Made by a program: the position numbers and the translations under genes. A stretch of DNA of 64,000 bases, taken from a virus. Of this stretch, positions 47,421-57,834 are shown in pieces (position 1 is the first letter of the stretch; every line of letters begins with the position of its first letter). The notes beneath the pieces were generated by a model. It ran no database searches. It was not told where the DNA came from and saw only the letters and a program-made list of their open reading frames with translations. The stretch covers positions 32,001 to 96,000 of the IMG/VR virus record IMGVR_UViG_3300028377_000005; one strand, written 5' to 3'.

Positions 47421-48277
47421 TCCTTTTCTTCGGATTCGCTACGACCTTTATACTTATCGCTACGACCCTTGTCAACCTTCTCTGTTTTATCTACCAGCTT
47501 ACCGTCCGACGCCCGCACGACTAAAGTCTCCTTTCCCTCTGAGGGAATGGACCATGCGTCTTTATTGGGCTGCTGGGCCTTTTGGGAAGGTTTCATAACC
47601 TCCTCCTTGGGCTTCAGAAGGATACCGCCTTCCGGTACTTCGGTATTGTATCCAGAACGTGTTGAATCCGCAAGCTCTTTCTTACCCTCTTTAGCGGGTG
47701 GCGTAGGTTGATCTCTTTTCGCCACCTGTACTGGTTGCTGAGGTGTGTCCGGTTCGGGTTCTGATACTTGCGGTTCCGGCTGTGGTTCTGGCTCCTGCTC
47801 CTGTACAACATTTTCCGGGGGTTTCGTATTCGCTACGTCCTTTCCTTTTGCTGTTGCTAGCCGGTTGACCGAATCGTCTATTTTACCGCTATCATGGTTT
47901 TCTGACGCCGGGTTTGCCCGATGTATGATCGGTTCCTTTTGTTTCGGCTCAGGTTCCTTTTTGCCTTGGAACTGTTGCGGCTCCTCAAAACTATCCCACG
48001 ATTGCAAGCGGACTTGCTGTTTTTCGTAAGATTCAAAGGCTTGATCTGCCAGCGGCTTGTATTCGGGGTCCTCTGGATTCACAAAATCCGGGGTCTGCAG
48101 CGCTTTGACTTGACGGTCCATCCGCTGTTGCCATTGCAAATCATTCATTCGGCTGCGCTTGCAAGACGGATTGAGGCACCTTTTACAGTACGCCTCCATG
48201 AAATCACCAAAGCTGGCTTCCACACCCGTATCATCCATGCACTGATCAATATAGTCGTCAAGCGGGTTCATCATCAC
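47417..48277 (-). CDS. Hypothetical protein, Cys-containing N-domain and disordered Pro/Glu/Gln-rich tail
   Basis: YCKRCLNPSCKRS; EPEPQPEPQ low complexity. Confidence 0.7.
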   Translation of the reverse strand: MMMNPLDDYIDQCMDDTGVEASFGDFMEAYCKRCLNPSCKRSRMNDLQWQQRMDRQVKALQTPDFVNPEDPEYKPLADQAFESYEKQQVRLQSWDSFEEPQQFQGKKEPEPKQKEPIIHRANPASENHDSGKIDDSVNRLATAKGKDVANTKPPENVVQEQEPEPQPEPQVSEPEPDTPQQPVQVAKRDQPTPPAKEGKKELADSTRSGYNTEVPEGGILLKPKEEVMKPSQKAQQPNKDAWSIPSEGKETLVVRASDGKLVDKTEKVDKGRSDKYKGRSESEEKD

Positions 48278-48328
48278 CTGCTGTGTTATGTCCAGTCTCG
48301 TCGCATATAGACCACTTTTACAAGGGAA

Positions 48329-51300
48329 TTACCGGACTTCTTCGCCGTACAGGCCGAAGAAACGGGCCAGCGTTTCGAACTCTTTAGGCTCAATGAGGTG
48401 CTTATCCTCTTCCGAAATGATCACTTCCCCTTGCCAATCCAGTAAGCAAAGAGCGTAACTCCCCTTACCCTCGGCGCGGAAAAAATCGAAAATCTGATAG
48501 AGATAGCGCATCATTGTTCGGATATGGATCGGGTCGTTGCCATTATAAAGCCCCGGCCCATTCGCCAGTTGGTACGTGAAAATAGGACCATTCGCCCCTG
48601 TGCGCCCTTTCGATGAGCGAGCCTCTTTGATCGACATATAAAACTCCCTGATATTGCTGTACGTGATTTCAGGCTCCGGGTCCGTTTCCACGTCCTCGGT
48701 TTCCGAAGGTTCTTCGGTAATATCTTCCGGCTCGGGGTCAGGTTCGGGTTCCGGCTCGGGGTCGCCTTCGATCACGGTTTCGTTACCGTCGTCGTCAATG
48801 TACCACATGCCCGGTTGCATTTCGATATGATTCCACAAGTAGCGCGGAACCTTATCCTCAGCCTTACCCGTCTCCGGGTTAAGCGAATGCATAGCGTACC
48901 AGTTGTATGCTACGTTGAAATTCTGTCCAACTTCAACGTCACAAGACAGCGGGACCGGCCACTTCATCTTGTCCCCAAGCTCGGTCATGATATCCGTAAT
49001 CGCCGGGAACAGCTTGTCCATGTACTCGTTGCGAATCTCGAAAACAAGCTCGTCGTGAACAGTAATGATCAGACGGCAATCGTCAAGGTGGCCCTCACTT
49101 TTCAGATATTGGTATACGCGGCCCATGCAATACTTGGTAAGGTCGCCGGTGGCCGTTCCCTGAATGATACTGTTGATCGCGTTACGCTCGGCCTTAGAGC
49201 TAATCCACCCTTCGCTGTGGTCAATATCTCCTAGCCGCATCATACGACCCACACCGGTGGCTACCTCTTTGTTTGCCTTGCACCGTTTGATTACTTCGCC
49301 GAACCATGTGTTAAGACGAGGCAAGCCAGACAGGACTTTGTTCCGAATGAACGTACCTTCTTCACGGCTCACACCGGTTGATCTGGCAACCGCCGATCCC
49401 GAACCACCGTAAAGGATAGCGAAGTTTGCGCCTTTCGCTTTCTGGCGGTACTGCTTGAAGTCAGGCTTGTTGGTTACGTCGTCACCGAAAACAATCTTGG
49501 TGGTAAGCGTGTGGAGGTCACCAATCTTGTCCGACCCGCAATTAGTGCAAGTGCCGGGAGGCTTGTTTGGGATCTCATATTTCTTGAAGCCCAACGGGTT
49601 ATCCGGCGTCAAATCTACGGGTTCACCGAACTCGGTATCGCATTTACTGCACCGATAAAATTCTTCGATCCACTTCGGCTCTTGCGAAATGGATGCAGCG
49701 ACTCTTAGCTCGACACCGGACTGGTCAATAGCGGCAATGGAGAAGCCTTCACGGGCGATAATTGCTGGCCGGGCGGAGGCGTCAAGGGATAGGATCTTGA
49801 CGTTGATTTCGCCGTCTTCAGGCTCTTCTCCGTGCTGGCATTCCTCTACGAACGGGCACCCTTCGCATGTGGACCGGACGCAATACTCTTGATCTTCGAG
49901 CGGGTCACGAACGAAATGGTTGTTGTACAGTCGGATCAAGAAATCATTTTCGACGAACTCCACGAAGTTCTCATACAGGGTAGGATCTTCCTCCCCATCA
50001 CCTTCCGGGCGGCGGATGATCTTTTTGCCGCTGAACTTACCGACATTGTAACCCGCAGGCATCGACTGGACGTTGATACCACTGTAACCTTGATCGGGCT
50101 TACCTTTCGATGCCGCATAACGTCCCGTATCGACGCGGTTAGGTAAGAACGAGAATCGGATCGTGTTGTCGTTTAGGACATGGTTAGGGTACGGACGAGT
50201 GCCGTCTGGTTTGATATACCCGTCTGTGTTGTATTGCAACGGGCGCAGGTACGTGCCGTCGACTTTCTGTAGCTTGCGGAAAGCTGTGATCTTCTTGATG
50301 AACGGCAGTTTATCACCCACCTTCTCCGCCAGTTTCGTGATCACGTCGTCAGAGGTTTTGACCTGTGGGTTGTCCTCGTTGTCGGTCATCGCCAGCTTGG
50401 TTTTGATATAGCCCCGCTCCTTTAGGAACGCGAGCGCTTCACCTAGCTTTTTGGGGCTGGACACGTCGTCTTCGTGGAAATACTCCATCCCCCTTTCCCG
50501 AATACCCGACGCAATATCGTTTTTCGCTTGGGTGATCATCTGGTCGACTTCGAACCGTACCCGGTCGAGATAGTCGAGGTCCACTTTAGGCCGGTTGCGC
50601 TCCATCCATCGCAACGCGGGTACGTTGATCTTTTCGATGTAATAGACGAACGGTTGGCTATCGTAAATCGACTTTTCACCGGGACTTACCGGTACACAGC
50701 CGAACACCGTTTCACCTTGTTCACCACGGCCTACCGGTTTGTACGAATGTTCGCGGTAAAACTGAAACAAGAGGTACGTGCTGATTGCATCCGATCCCGC
50801 ATATAGCACCACTGGTTCCCACGATGGGTCCAAGGTCGAAAAGTCACGGTCCTTGATGTGCTCGGGGAAAAGCTCCTTGAGGCCGATCATTTCCATGTCA
50901 AGGAAACGTTTCGACAGGTGCTTGAGTCCGTGGCGCTTGTCCGATGAATCCCGCAGGTAATCTAGGATCAAGGTGTCTTCGAACTCTTTGAAAGAGTCGA
51001 TCTCAATGCCTTCGCCGTACAGGAATTCGTGGTCGAAAGCCGCGTTGTGGTAAATCGTAATGCAATTGGAACAGAGACGGGCAATCTCTTCCACAACCTC
51101 AGCCGGATCCAGATTGTAAGCAGCTCCGTCGCCTTTGTGTCTGACAGGCACGTAGACGCCTTCTTCACCGTCATAGCTTAGGCAATACCCGACTATCTTA
51201 TGGACCGTCTCACCGTTGTCCCTGACCCGGTTGTCGAGGCCCTCCGTCTCCAAGTCAAGAGCACAATGGCCAGCTTCGATAGCCCGGTCAATGATAGACC

Positions 51301-51427
51301 GCAACTGTTCGATCGTACTGACCAGTGTAAACGTTTTATCTTCCATCCAAGGTTTCGGATCCACTTCGACTACGTTTTTGTAGCCGAACAGTGATTCAAA
51401 ACCTAATTCTTCGTCAGCCATTAGCAT
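48329..51427 (-). CDS. polA: DNA polymerase family A with 3'-5' exonuclease domain
   Basis: DLETEG, YHNAAFD, YAGSDA exo motifs; DTGR; motif A DQSGVELR; motif B RQKAKGANFAILYG; motif C VHDEL. Confidence 0.95.
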   Translation of the reverse strand: MLMADEELGFESLFGYKNVVEVDPKPWMEDKTFTLVSTIEQLRSIIDRAIEAGHCALDLETEGLDNRVRDNGETVHKIVGYCLSYDGEEGVYVPVRHKGDGAAYNLDPAEVVEEIARLCSNCITIYHNAAFDHEFLYGEGIEIDSFKEFEDTLILDYLRDSSDKRHGLKHLSKRFLDMEMIGLKELFPEHIKDRDFSTLDPSWEPVVLYAGSDAISTYLLFQFYREHSYKPVGRGEQGETVFGCVPVSPGEKSIYDSQPFVYYIEKINVPALRWMERNRPKVDLDYLDRVRFEVDQMITQAKNDIASGIRERGMEYFHEDDVSSPKKLGEALAFLKERGYIKTKLAMTDNEDNPQVKTSDDVITKLAEKVGDKLPFIKKITAFRKLQKVDGTYLRPLQYNTDGYIKPDGTRPYPNHVLNDNTIRFSFLPNRVDTGRYAASKGKPDQGYSGINVQSMPAGYNVGKFSGKKIIRRPEGDGEEDPTLYENFVEFVENDFLIRLYNNHFVRDPLEDQEYCVRSTCEGCPFVEECQHGEEPEDGEINVKILSLDASARPAIIAREGFSIAAIDQSGVELRVAASISQEPKWIEEFYRCSKCDTEFGEPVDLTPDNPLGFKKYEIPNKPPGTCTNCGSDKIGDLHTLTTKIVFGDDVTNKPDFKQYRQKAKGANFAILYGGSGSAVARSTGVSREEGTFIRNKVLSGLPRLNTWFGEVIKRCKANKEVATGVGRMMRLGDIDHSEGWISSKAERNAINSIIQGTATGDLTKYCMGRVYQYLKSEGHLDDCRLIITVHDELVFEIRNEYMDKLFPAITDIMTELGDKMKWPVPLSCDVEVGQNFNVAYNWYAMHSLNPETGKAEDKVPRYLWNHIEMQPGMWYIDDDGNETVIEGDPEPEPEPDPEPEDITEEPSETEDVETDPEPEITYSNIREFYMSIKEARSSKGRTGANGPIFTYQLANGPGLYNGNDPIHIRTMMRYLYQIFDFFRAEGKGSYALCLLDWQGEVIISEEDKHLIEPKEFETLARFFGLYGEEVR

Positions 51428-51863
51428 TCTCCGGTTGTACTAGTATCACGTAAAACCCGAGCCGCCATAGATCATAGAGACGAGTTACTATCGGCCTTAC
51501 ACGGTCGTTGTCCACATTTGCGTCGTAACAAGGGGGTGGGGTTTGGTGCGCCTCGCATACTCCTTTTTCGAAGCTGGGGCAGCTATCTTTATAATGACAC
51601 GTCTTGATCTCAAGAGCGAGCTTCATAAAGCAAGCGTCCGCGTCTAGTCCAACTTCATCGAGAAAAGGCCGGGTATACCGGTGCTTTAGTTCGAAGTAGG
51701 CTTGGCTAGATATGGGGCTAATCAAGTCCCTGATACTTTCTAATTCTTCGGCGGTACGTAAAGGCTCCCAATCGTCTTCCCACGTACCATCGTCGTTAAC
51801 GGTGATAGCGAAGATCGAAAGGGTGCCCCACGTATCGTCATGAATTTGAAACTGACTGGGCAT
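51414..51863 (-). CDS. Hypothetical Cys-rich protein
   Basis: Overlaps polA start; C-x4-C-x6-C-x7-C cluster. Confidence 0.65.
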   Translation of the reverse strand: MPSQFQIHDDTWGTLSIFAITVNDDGTWEDDWEPLRTAEELESIRDLISPISSQAYFELKHRYTRPFLDEVGLDADACFMKLALEIKTCHYKDSCPSFEKGVCEAHQTPPPCYDANVDNDRVRPIVTRLYDLWRLGFYVILVQPENANG

Positions 51864-52251
51864 CCGTTACCATAAGTAGGTATCGACCCTTAGCGAGATC
51901 CTCTTCCGTTTCGAGGATGCTTTGTAGGGCCTCGTGGCTATCTGTATGCACAAGCCACCATGCGTTCGCACCTAAGCGAACGGTGCATACCAAATCGAAA
52001 CCGAAGGCTTCGCTCTGTTCTATGAACGTTTCGGGTTGTTCTTTTGCTTCAATGAGATCTACCGCATTTGCCACGGCGGTGCTGGAAACCTTTCCCAGAC
52101 CGGGGTGGAAGAAAATACGTACATCCACGGGCACCTCACCGGCGCGCTCTTTATTGACGGGGTAATTATTTGCCCAATCAAAAAGGTGTTCAAGCAGCGC
52201 ATCCGATGTTAGATCTCTTCGGTAAATCCGTGGGGATCGTAATAGAATCAT
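51838..52251 (-). CDS. Hypothetical protein
   Basis: 137-aa ORF in the replication operon. Confidence 0.6.
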   Translation of the reverse strand: MILLRSPRIYRRDLTSDALLEHLFDWANNYPVNKERAGEVPVDVRIFFHPGLGKVSSTAVANAVDLIEAKEQPETFIEQSEAFGFDLVCTVRLGANAWWLVHTDSHEALQSILETEEDLAKGRYLLMVTDAQSVSNS

Positions 52252-52300
52252 AGTGGTTCATCGTTTGTAGTGTCATAATCATCACTCTTTCAAGGCGAGA

Positions 52301-52900
52301 TCACGTTTCCCATTTCTTAACACGATCATACACCTTTCGGAGTACTTTGACAACCCGATCATCTTCGACATTTCCGTGCTGGACGTCGTAACGCAGGTTA
52401 TCGAGTACGAAAAATATTTTGGTTGCTTGTTTCCACGTGATCTTACCGTGGAACTCCCGTATGGACCGAGCTATCTTAGTCTCGGCCCGGTCGATATTAT
52501 CTAGGAGGGTGGGGGCCGTCTGTTGCTTTCGTAACAACGCCCCCATTTCACGTCGGGTCTTTTTATCGGAAGGATCGAACGAGGGTGTGGGGACATCCGT
52601 CACGCCGAACGAGCGTTCGATAAACGAAAGCGCCTTACCAAACGACAACCCTTCCGCATCACGTACCCACTCTACAACATCCCGATCTTTGTGGCAGGCA
52701 AAGCAATAGGTCGAATCGGATTCGGGATACATCCGGGCTGAGTAACTGTTGTCTTGTCCATCACCGTGGAGGGGGCACGGGAATTGGAACTCCCGTTCAC
52801 GAGTGCGGATACGGACCCCGTAGTAATCGAGGACGTCTTGCATCTCCACTTGGCCCTTGATGTTCTCGACGCGCTCTTTGTTGTAGGCATCCCAATCCAT
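52301..52900 (-). CDS. Stand-alone primase CHC2 zinc-finger protein
   Basis: CPLH...SAR.Y....YCFAC...DVVEWV...EGLSF..AL; no TOPRIM domain. Confidence 0.8.
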   Translation of the reverse strand: MDWDAYNKERVENIKGQVEMQDVLDYYGVRIRTREREFQFPCPLHGDGQDNSYSARMYPESDSTYCFACHKDRDVVEWVRDAEGLSFGKALSFIERSFGVTDVPTPSFDPSDKKTRREMGALLRKQQTAPTLLDNIDRAETKIARSIREFHGKITWKQATKIFFVLDNLRYDVQHGNVEDDRVVKVLRKVYDRVKKWET

Positions 52901-54429
52901 TATTCTTCACCCTCTTCGCTTGTTGCTTCTTGGCCCATCATGTCCTCTTCGATGATACGTTGCATGTCCTCTTGACTGTTGGCGTTCAACATGCGGTGAT
53001 CTGAAGCGGTCGAAAAGTCGTTGTAGAGGTAGCGCGTTTCCCAATCCACATTGGCTGTGAAAGGTAGAAAATGCGGGTTGTCTCGGTTCTTCAGGCAACC
53101 GAACTTCATCGAACGGTTGGCCCGCAAATCGTTGTTGAGGAAAGACGTTGTAATCACGTCAGACGAACGCTCCGCTTCGTTTGAGTCAGCGAGCGCCTGC
53201 ATCTTGTATACACCGTCGTTCTTTTCAGCTTCGAGCTTACCACTACGGTTGATCTGAAGCAGGCCGAGGATCGGTATACGCTCGCCGCCGTTAAACGACA
53301 GAGCCAAACGCTTGGTATCCCGGACGATACTGTTGAGGTCCGTGTAATAATTACGGGTCGACTTTTCAGGACGCATCAACGCAAAGTGATCCACGATGCA
53401 CATGTGCAAAGGCGTCTGTTGGTGCGTGATCTCCATGTCTTGGCGAAGGCGGGGGACCGTCACTTCTTCATCCGGGCTGCGAACGATAAAGGACCCGTAA
53501 CTTTTGCCCCGGTTCTCTTCAACATCGTCAATAACGTGGCGGTAAAACTCTTTTTGCTCTTCACTGATCGGGTTGCCTTCTACATCTTCACCGTCACGAA
53601 TAAGGCGGTAAGATAGGCGAGGCCAACCTTGCCCTTGGAATTTCGGGTGGTTGGAGTGCATCACGTAAATGATGCGTCGGATCTGATCTACCGGCATCTC
53701 CAGTGACAGGTAATATACGTTGTGTTGCAATAGGAACACAGCGCGATACGCCCAATTCAATGCAAAGCCGGTTTTGAACTCACCGGTGAAGCCCGCGTGG
53801 GTCCACATCTCCCCGGACTTGATACCACGACACACCTGATCAATGTCCCGAAGTCCCGTAATAACACCCCATGATTTTTTCCGAGCGGCACATACCCGAT
53901 CGAACTCTTCGCGCACCTCTTGCGAATCATAAGTAATGTTGGACTTTGTGCGTTGGCCACGGTCGGAAGCTAGGAGGTCGTCGGCGTTTTTCATGATGTA
54001 CTTCATGGCCCCTCTGTGGCCTTTGTACGTCACGGTTTCACGCCCCTCCTTGATTGTCAGTCCGTCAAACAGGATCTGCGCCGACGTTTTCAAAACGACG
54101 TGCATTTCCTGATCTTTTTGGAGCTTGACTTCCTCTTCAATCAGGTTTTCGAAGTCGCTATTTTCATAGACCCGCGTAAATGATGCGATCTCATCTAGGC
54201 GGTCAACGGTCGACAGTTCCCCGTGGCGCTCTAGGAAATCCCGGATGGTATCCGTCGTCGGACACGCGGAATAGTTGAGCGCATAGTTCTGGATGTAGTT
54301 CCAGATTTCCCGATCTTCCTCGTCGGCGAGCGACAAGCTGGATTGGGATAGATAGATGTAATTCTTCAGGAGAGAGTCTTGGGAGACCTGACCATCGGCG
54401 TCAATGACCGATCTTAAAATTTTCTTCAT
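52900..54429 (-). CDS. dnaB: DnaB-like replicative helicase
   Basis: TGLRDID, AGFTGEFKT, LSLEM, IVDH, LLQINR, AERSSD, LKNR. Confidence 0.88.
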   Translation of the reverse strand: MKKILRSVIDADGQVSQDSLLKNYIYLSQSSLSLADEEDREIWNYIQNYALNYSACPTTDTIRDFLERHGELSTVDRLDEIASFTRVYENSDFENLIEEEVKLQKDQEMHVVLKTSAQILFDGLTIKEGRETVTYKGHRGAMKYIMKNADDLLASDRGQRTKSNITYDSQEVREEFDRVCAARKKSWGVITGLRDIDQVCRGIKSGEMWTHAGFTGEFKTGFALNWAYRAVFLLQHNVYYLSLEMPVDQIRRIIYVMHSNHPKFQGQGWPRLSYRLIRDGEDVEGNPISEEQKEFYRHVIDDVEENRGKSYGSFIVRSPDEEVTVPRLRQDMEITHQQTPLHMCIVDHFALMRPEKSTRNYYTDLNSIVRDTKRLALSFNGGERIPILGLLQINRSGKLEAEKNDGVYKMQALADSNEAERSSDVITTSFLNNDLRANRSMKFGCLKNRDNPHFLPFTANVDWETRYLYNDFSTASDHRMLNANSQEDMQRIIEEDMMGQEATSEEGEE

Positions 54430-54465
54430 GGTCGTACCGTGTGTCGTGGGTGGCGGTAATTAGTC

Positions 54466-55194
54466 TTAGAGCAAGTCACTGAGATTCACGTCAGCTTTCT
54501 TCCGCTTGACCTTTTTCCCGCTTGCATCTTTTGTTTCAGTCTCCCGCATAACGATCCCTTCGTGGAGGCTTTTCGTCTGGATGGAGGGCTTGATCTTTTT
54601 CTGTTGGAAATTCTCAACGATGTATTCTTCGACTTCCGGCGACCAGCACAGGTGCCCTTTGGTGAAGGGGTGTGCGTGCGGGTTGACAACCCATGTAGGC
54701 TTACCTTCGAACGTGCGGACCCGGAGGGCTTCGAGGATAACGCCCGGCAATGCACGGTTGGGATAAGACACGACGCAAAGGAAAATGATCAAGAGATCGG
54801 GGTCCTCTACAAGATCACGCAGTGACGTGAAATCTACCGTCTCAGCGGTGCCTTCCTCTTGGGAGTGCGAACGTTCCTTGGAAAGCCAAGCGTCAAGCAT
54901 CTGGCTATCATTCGTGACCCGGCTAAAGTAATTTAACCCTTGGTCGATCAAGGAGTATCGAACGTGTGGCAAAAAGTCCCGTCGTGTTGAAGTCACGAAC
55001 AGGTTCTTTTCGACGCACTTTTTGTAGGGGCTGTCGTCGATATCTGGCGCATCGAAAATCTCTTTGCCTAGCTTGCTTCGGTACAGTGATCTAAGCGTAC
55101 ACCGGCACCGGACCCTAGAGTCGGGATCTTCAGGTACGGGCAAATACCCCGCCCCACCGCAAATGGTGCATGTTCGCTGTTCTTTACTCATCAT
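54466..55194 (-). CDS. Probable helicase-loader (DnaC/DnaI-like) with zinc-binding N-terminus and degenerate ATPase
   Basis: CTICGGAGY...CRC; LVEDPDLLIIFL...R...GKPTWV; directly upstream of dnaB; no Walker A. Confidence 0.5.
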   Translation of the reverse strand: MMSKEQRTCTICGGAGYLPVPEDPDSRVRCRCTLRSLYRSKLGKEIFDAPDIDDSPYKKCVEKNLFVTSTRRDFLPHVRYSLIDQGLNYFSRVTNDSQMLDAWLSKERSHSQEEGTAETVDFTSLRDLVEDPDLLIIFLCVVSYPNRALPGVILEALRVRTFEGKPTWVVNPHAHPFTKGHLCWSPEVEEYIVENFQQKKIKPSIQTKSLHEGIVMRETETKDASGKKVKRKKADVNLSDLL

Positions 55195-56875
55195 GGAGTT
55201 CCCTTGCGCTTTTGTATAACTGAGCGAAAATGTCCCCGGTATCACTACCCGATCTAAAGATCTCCTCGCCAGCGTCCTCGTTGCCGAGAATACGTTCGCC
55301 GAGGGCACCTTCGATAAAGCCCATTTTCTTATTGAGTGTTGATGTCACGTGTTGATCGATAGTTTGCTCGCCCCACGGCCCTTCGGACAGGAGGTGGATT
55401 GAGTATACGCTCTGGTGGGGTGATCCAATACGAATCATTCGTCCTACTAACTGCAGATAATCACCGGCTGACCACGGCAGATCAAAGAATACCATAACGC
55501 GGGCCTGTTGCAAGTTCATTGCTTCAGCACCGGCCATTGTCAAGAAGATTGTATTGGTCCCTTCCGTTTCAGTAAAGGCGATCCTGCCCGCATCGCGTTC
55601 GTCACTGTCCTCAGAACCCGTCACACGTGCAAAGCCTTTTTCGATGTCACGCTTAGGTACGTATTCTTTGCCGTCCTTTTCAACGGCATAGGTGTAACCT
55701 TTCTGCTCAAGGAGGTATTGCAAGCGATCGACCATTTGCCGGAACCGGCTGAATACGATCACCTTTTCCCCGGCTAGGTCCTCTTCCAAGAGGTCCATGA
55801 GCATATCGACTTTTCTGGCTTCACCTTCGTTGCCGATAAGGAAAGGGTCGTTAGCGATCTGTTGGCAATAGATCAACTGTGTGAGCTTGGTGGTTTCCTT
55901 TTCTTCCTCATCGTCCGTGCCTTCATTGACCGTCAGAAGCCCCTGAAGCGCCTCGTTGTAGTACTCCCACTGTACCCCGGACATGGGGATATTGATCTCT
56001 TTGGTGGTGAGTACGGGAAGCTCCTTGGCGACGTGGTGCTTGGCACGCCCAAGGTAATAAGGGTCGATCTTGTTCTTGAAAAGCTCGATGTGATCTTTAC
56101 TGTGCCCCACCACCACTTTGACTTTGCGGCCCCCGCCGATAGGCTGGAACCGTGTAACACAATAGTTGCTCAAAAAAGCGGTCTTGGTTCGGAAAACATC
56201 AGGGTTGATCACCTTGAAAATGCCATATCCCTCGACCAAGTTGTTCTTGATCAGGGTAGCTGTAAGCCCGTAGGTACGGGCGCTTTTTTCGGACAGTTGC
56301 TTACAAACTTTGTGCGTTTTGGATTTGGTGCTTTTGAATGCCGTAGCCTCGTCACCTACCATAACCACACGCACGTCATCTCGGTCGAGATAGTCACGCA
56401 TTTCATCGCGCCAATCCCTACGGAGACGCGGGTAATTCATGATGAGGACACGTGGCCTTTCGGGATCCCACGTGGTGAAGTAGTCCTCGTAAACAGCAGC
56501 ACGCTCCGCAGGCCCTCCCGCTGCGATCACCCAATCCACATTACGTGTGAATTTGTCGATCTCACCGCCCCATTGCCGCATTGCGGAGGTGGTAGTGAGG
56601 ACGATAGGACGGAGATCAGGCTCCTTTTCCCAAAGATAACACATCGTAGCGATCGCTTCAAGCGTCTTACCCAAACCGGTATCGTCACCACAGATGAAAC
56701 TTTTCATCATCAACATGTGGTAGACCATCTGGATCTGGTAAGGCCGCAACTGAAGCGGTACCTCTTCCCCATTTGGTTTTTCAATGGTTTCCCGCAAAAA
56801 CTTGCAGGGTTTCAGCTTGATATTTTCGGAAGCGCGTATCTTGAGGAGTTTTTCGTAAACCGGGTTCTCTTTCAT
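55184..56875 (-). CDS. SNF2-family helicase
   Basis: LRPYQ, GDDTGLGKT, DEAT, LTAT, KVIVFSRF, AMNLQ, QLVGRMIRIG. Confidence 0.92.
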   Translation of the reverse strand: MKENPVYEKLLKIRASENIKLKPCKFLRETIEKPNGEEVPLQLRPYQIQMVYHMLMMKSFICGDDTGLGKTLEAIATMCYLWEKEPDLRPIVLTTTSAMRQWGGEIDKFTRNVDWVIAAGGPAERAAVYEDYFTTWDPERPRVLIMNYPRLRRDWRDEMRDYLDRDDVRVVMVGDEATAFKSTKSKTHKVCKQLSEKSARTYGLTATLIKNNLVEGYGIFKVINPDVFRTKTAFLSNYCVTRFQPIGGGRKVKVVVGHSKDHIELFKNKIDPYYLGRAKHHVAKELPVLTTKEINIPMSGVQWEYYNEALQGLLTVNEGTDDEEEKETTKLTQLIYCQQIANDPFLIGNEGEARKVDMLMDLLEEDLAGEKVIVFSRFRQMVDRLQYLLEQKGYTYAVEKDGKEYVPKRDIEKGFARVTGSEDSDERDAGRIAFTETEGTNTIFLTMAGAEAMNLQQARVMVFFDLPWSAGDYLQLVGRMIRIGSPHQSVYSIHLLSEGPWGEQTIDQHVTSTLNKKMGFIEGALGERILGNEDAGEEIFRSGSDTGDIFAQLYKSARELHDE

Positions 56876-56900
56876 GTACCGTCGTAGTCAGGGGTATAGA

Positions 56901-57167
56901 TCAATCAAACAAAGTTTCGTACAAAAAGTCGATTAAGGAGCGGCGGGTTTCGCCAGCGGGAGGACGCATAAGGAGCATGGCTACCTTTTTGCGCTCTACA
57001 CCACGGTTGCGAGCGACTTCAGTGAGCTTGGCTTTGATCTCACGCTTGAGGCGGGGCTGAAACTCATCAATAGCCCAATCACGTAGGTCCTCATAAGCGT
57101 CGCGTGCGGCACCTGTATCGGGTTCGTTTCGGATGATCGCATCTTTCTTTTCGTCACTCATACCCAC
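56901..57167 (-). CDS. Hypothetical protein
   Basis: GAGG RBS; short helical ORF. Confidence 0.6.
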   Translation of the reverse strand: MGMSDEKKDAIIRNEPDTGAARDAYEDLRDWAIDEFQPRLKREIKAKLTEVARNRGVERKKVAMLLMRPPAGETRRSLIDFLYETLFD

Positions 57168-57168
57168 C

Positions 57169-57795
57169 TCAATTGAAACTCAGGGAGACACCTAAAGCCG
57201 GTACGACGTCCGCCGCCATATAGCCAAGGCCCACGCCCACGAAAACATCTGCGTTGTTGGTCAGGTCCATACCGAGGCTTAACCCGAACGTCTTGAGGCC
57301 CGCATGAAACTGAAGGTGCCAATCCCACAAGTGGAAAGGTTCCAGTAAAAGCATCGGATCCATCATATCTGTCACATCGCCTTTACCGATGTAGGTCGGG
57401 AGCCACGCGGCCCCTAATTTAACCCGCAAGCGAAAGCCCCAATCATCGGTTTCTTTTTCTTGCCGATTGACGACCACTTCGTGTTCGCCTTTCATTTGGA
57501 GCTGCCACGTACACCATTGAAGATCGAATGCGCTTTCGTCTTGGGTAAATACTTGACCGTCATCCGTGATCGTGATCTGAATAGGCTCCCAATTTAGCTC
57601 GATCTCATCGTTTTCAGCGGCGTCGATCATGCAGTTATGCAAATCCAAAACGTCCGCGTACTCTTTAGCTTGCTCTTCCGGGATGCATTTGTACCCGTCC
57701 GGGCAGGATGCCCATGCTTTTGACATCTCTAAAGCGGTGATCCCGATCACTACCAATACAAGGAACCCGAGTTTTAGGTACGTGCTGTTGATCAT
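57169..57795 (-). CDS. Secreted protein with possible C-terminal outer-membrane beta-barrel
   Basis: Signal peptide ending AWA; alternating hydrophobic strands ending LGVSLSFN. Confidence 0.55.
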   Translation of the reverse strand: MINSTYLKLGFLVLVVIGITALEMSKAWASCPDGYKCIPEEQAKEYADVLDLHNCMIDAAENDEIELNWEPIQITITDDGQVFTQDESAFDLQWCTWQLQMKGEHEVVVNRQEKETDDWGFRLRVKLGAAWLPTYIGKGDVTDMMDPMLLLEPFHLWDWHLQFHAGLKTFGLSLGMDLTNNADVFVGVGLGYMAADVVPALGVSLSFN

Positions 57796-57834
57796 ATCTC
57801 TATCTCCACGCCGCCGTGTAAAAGGGGGTCCGCA

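Noticed and set aside
49500-50080. Intein in the DNA polymerase
   Set aside because: No C/S start with terminal HN-C/S/T junction and no LAGLIDADG motifs; inserts are short and Cys-rich.
55862-56887. Long 341-aa + strand ORF and similar antisense ORFs in the track
   Set aside because: They lie opposite well-supported genes (here SNF2) and have no motifs; treated as shadow ORFs.
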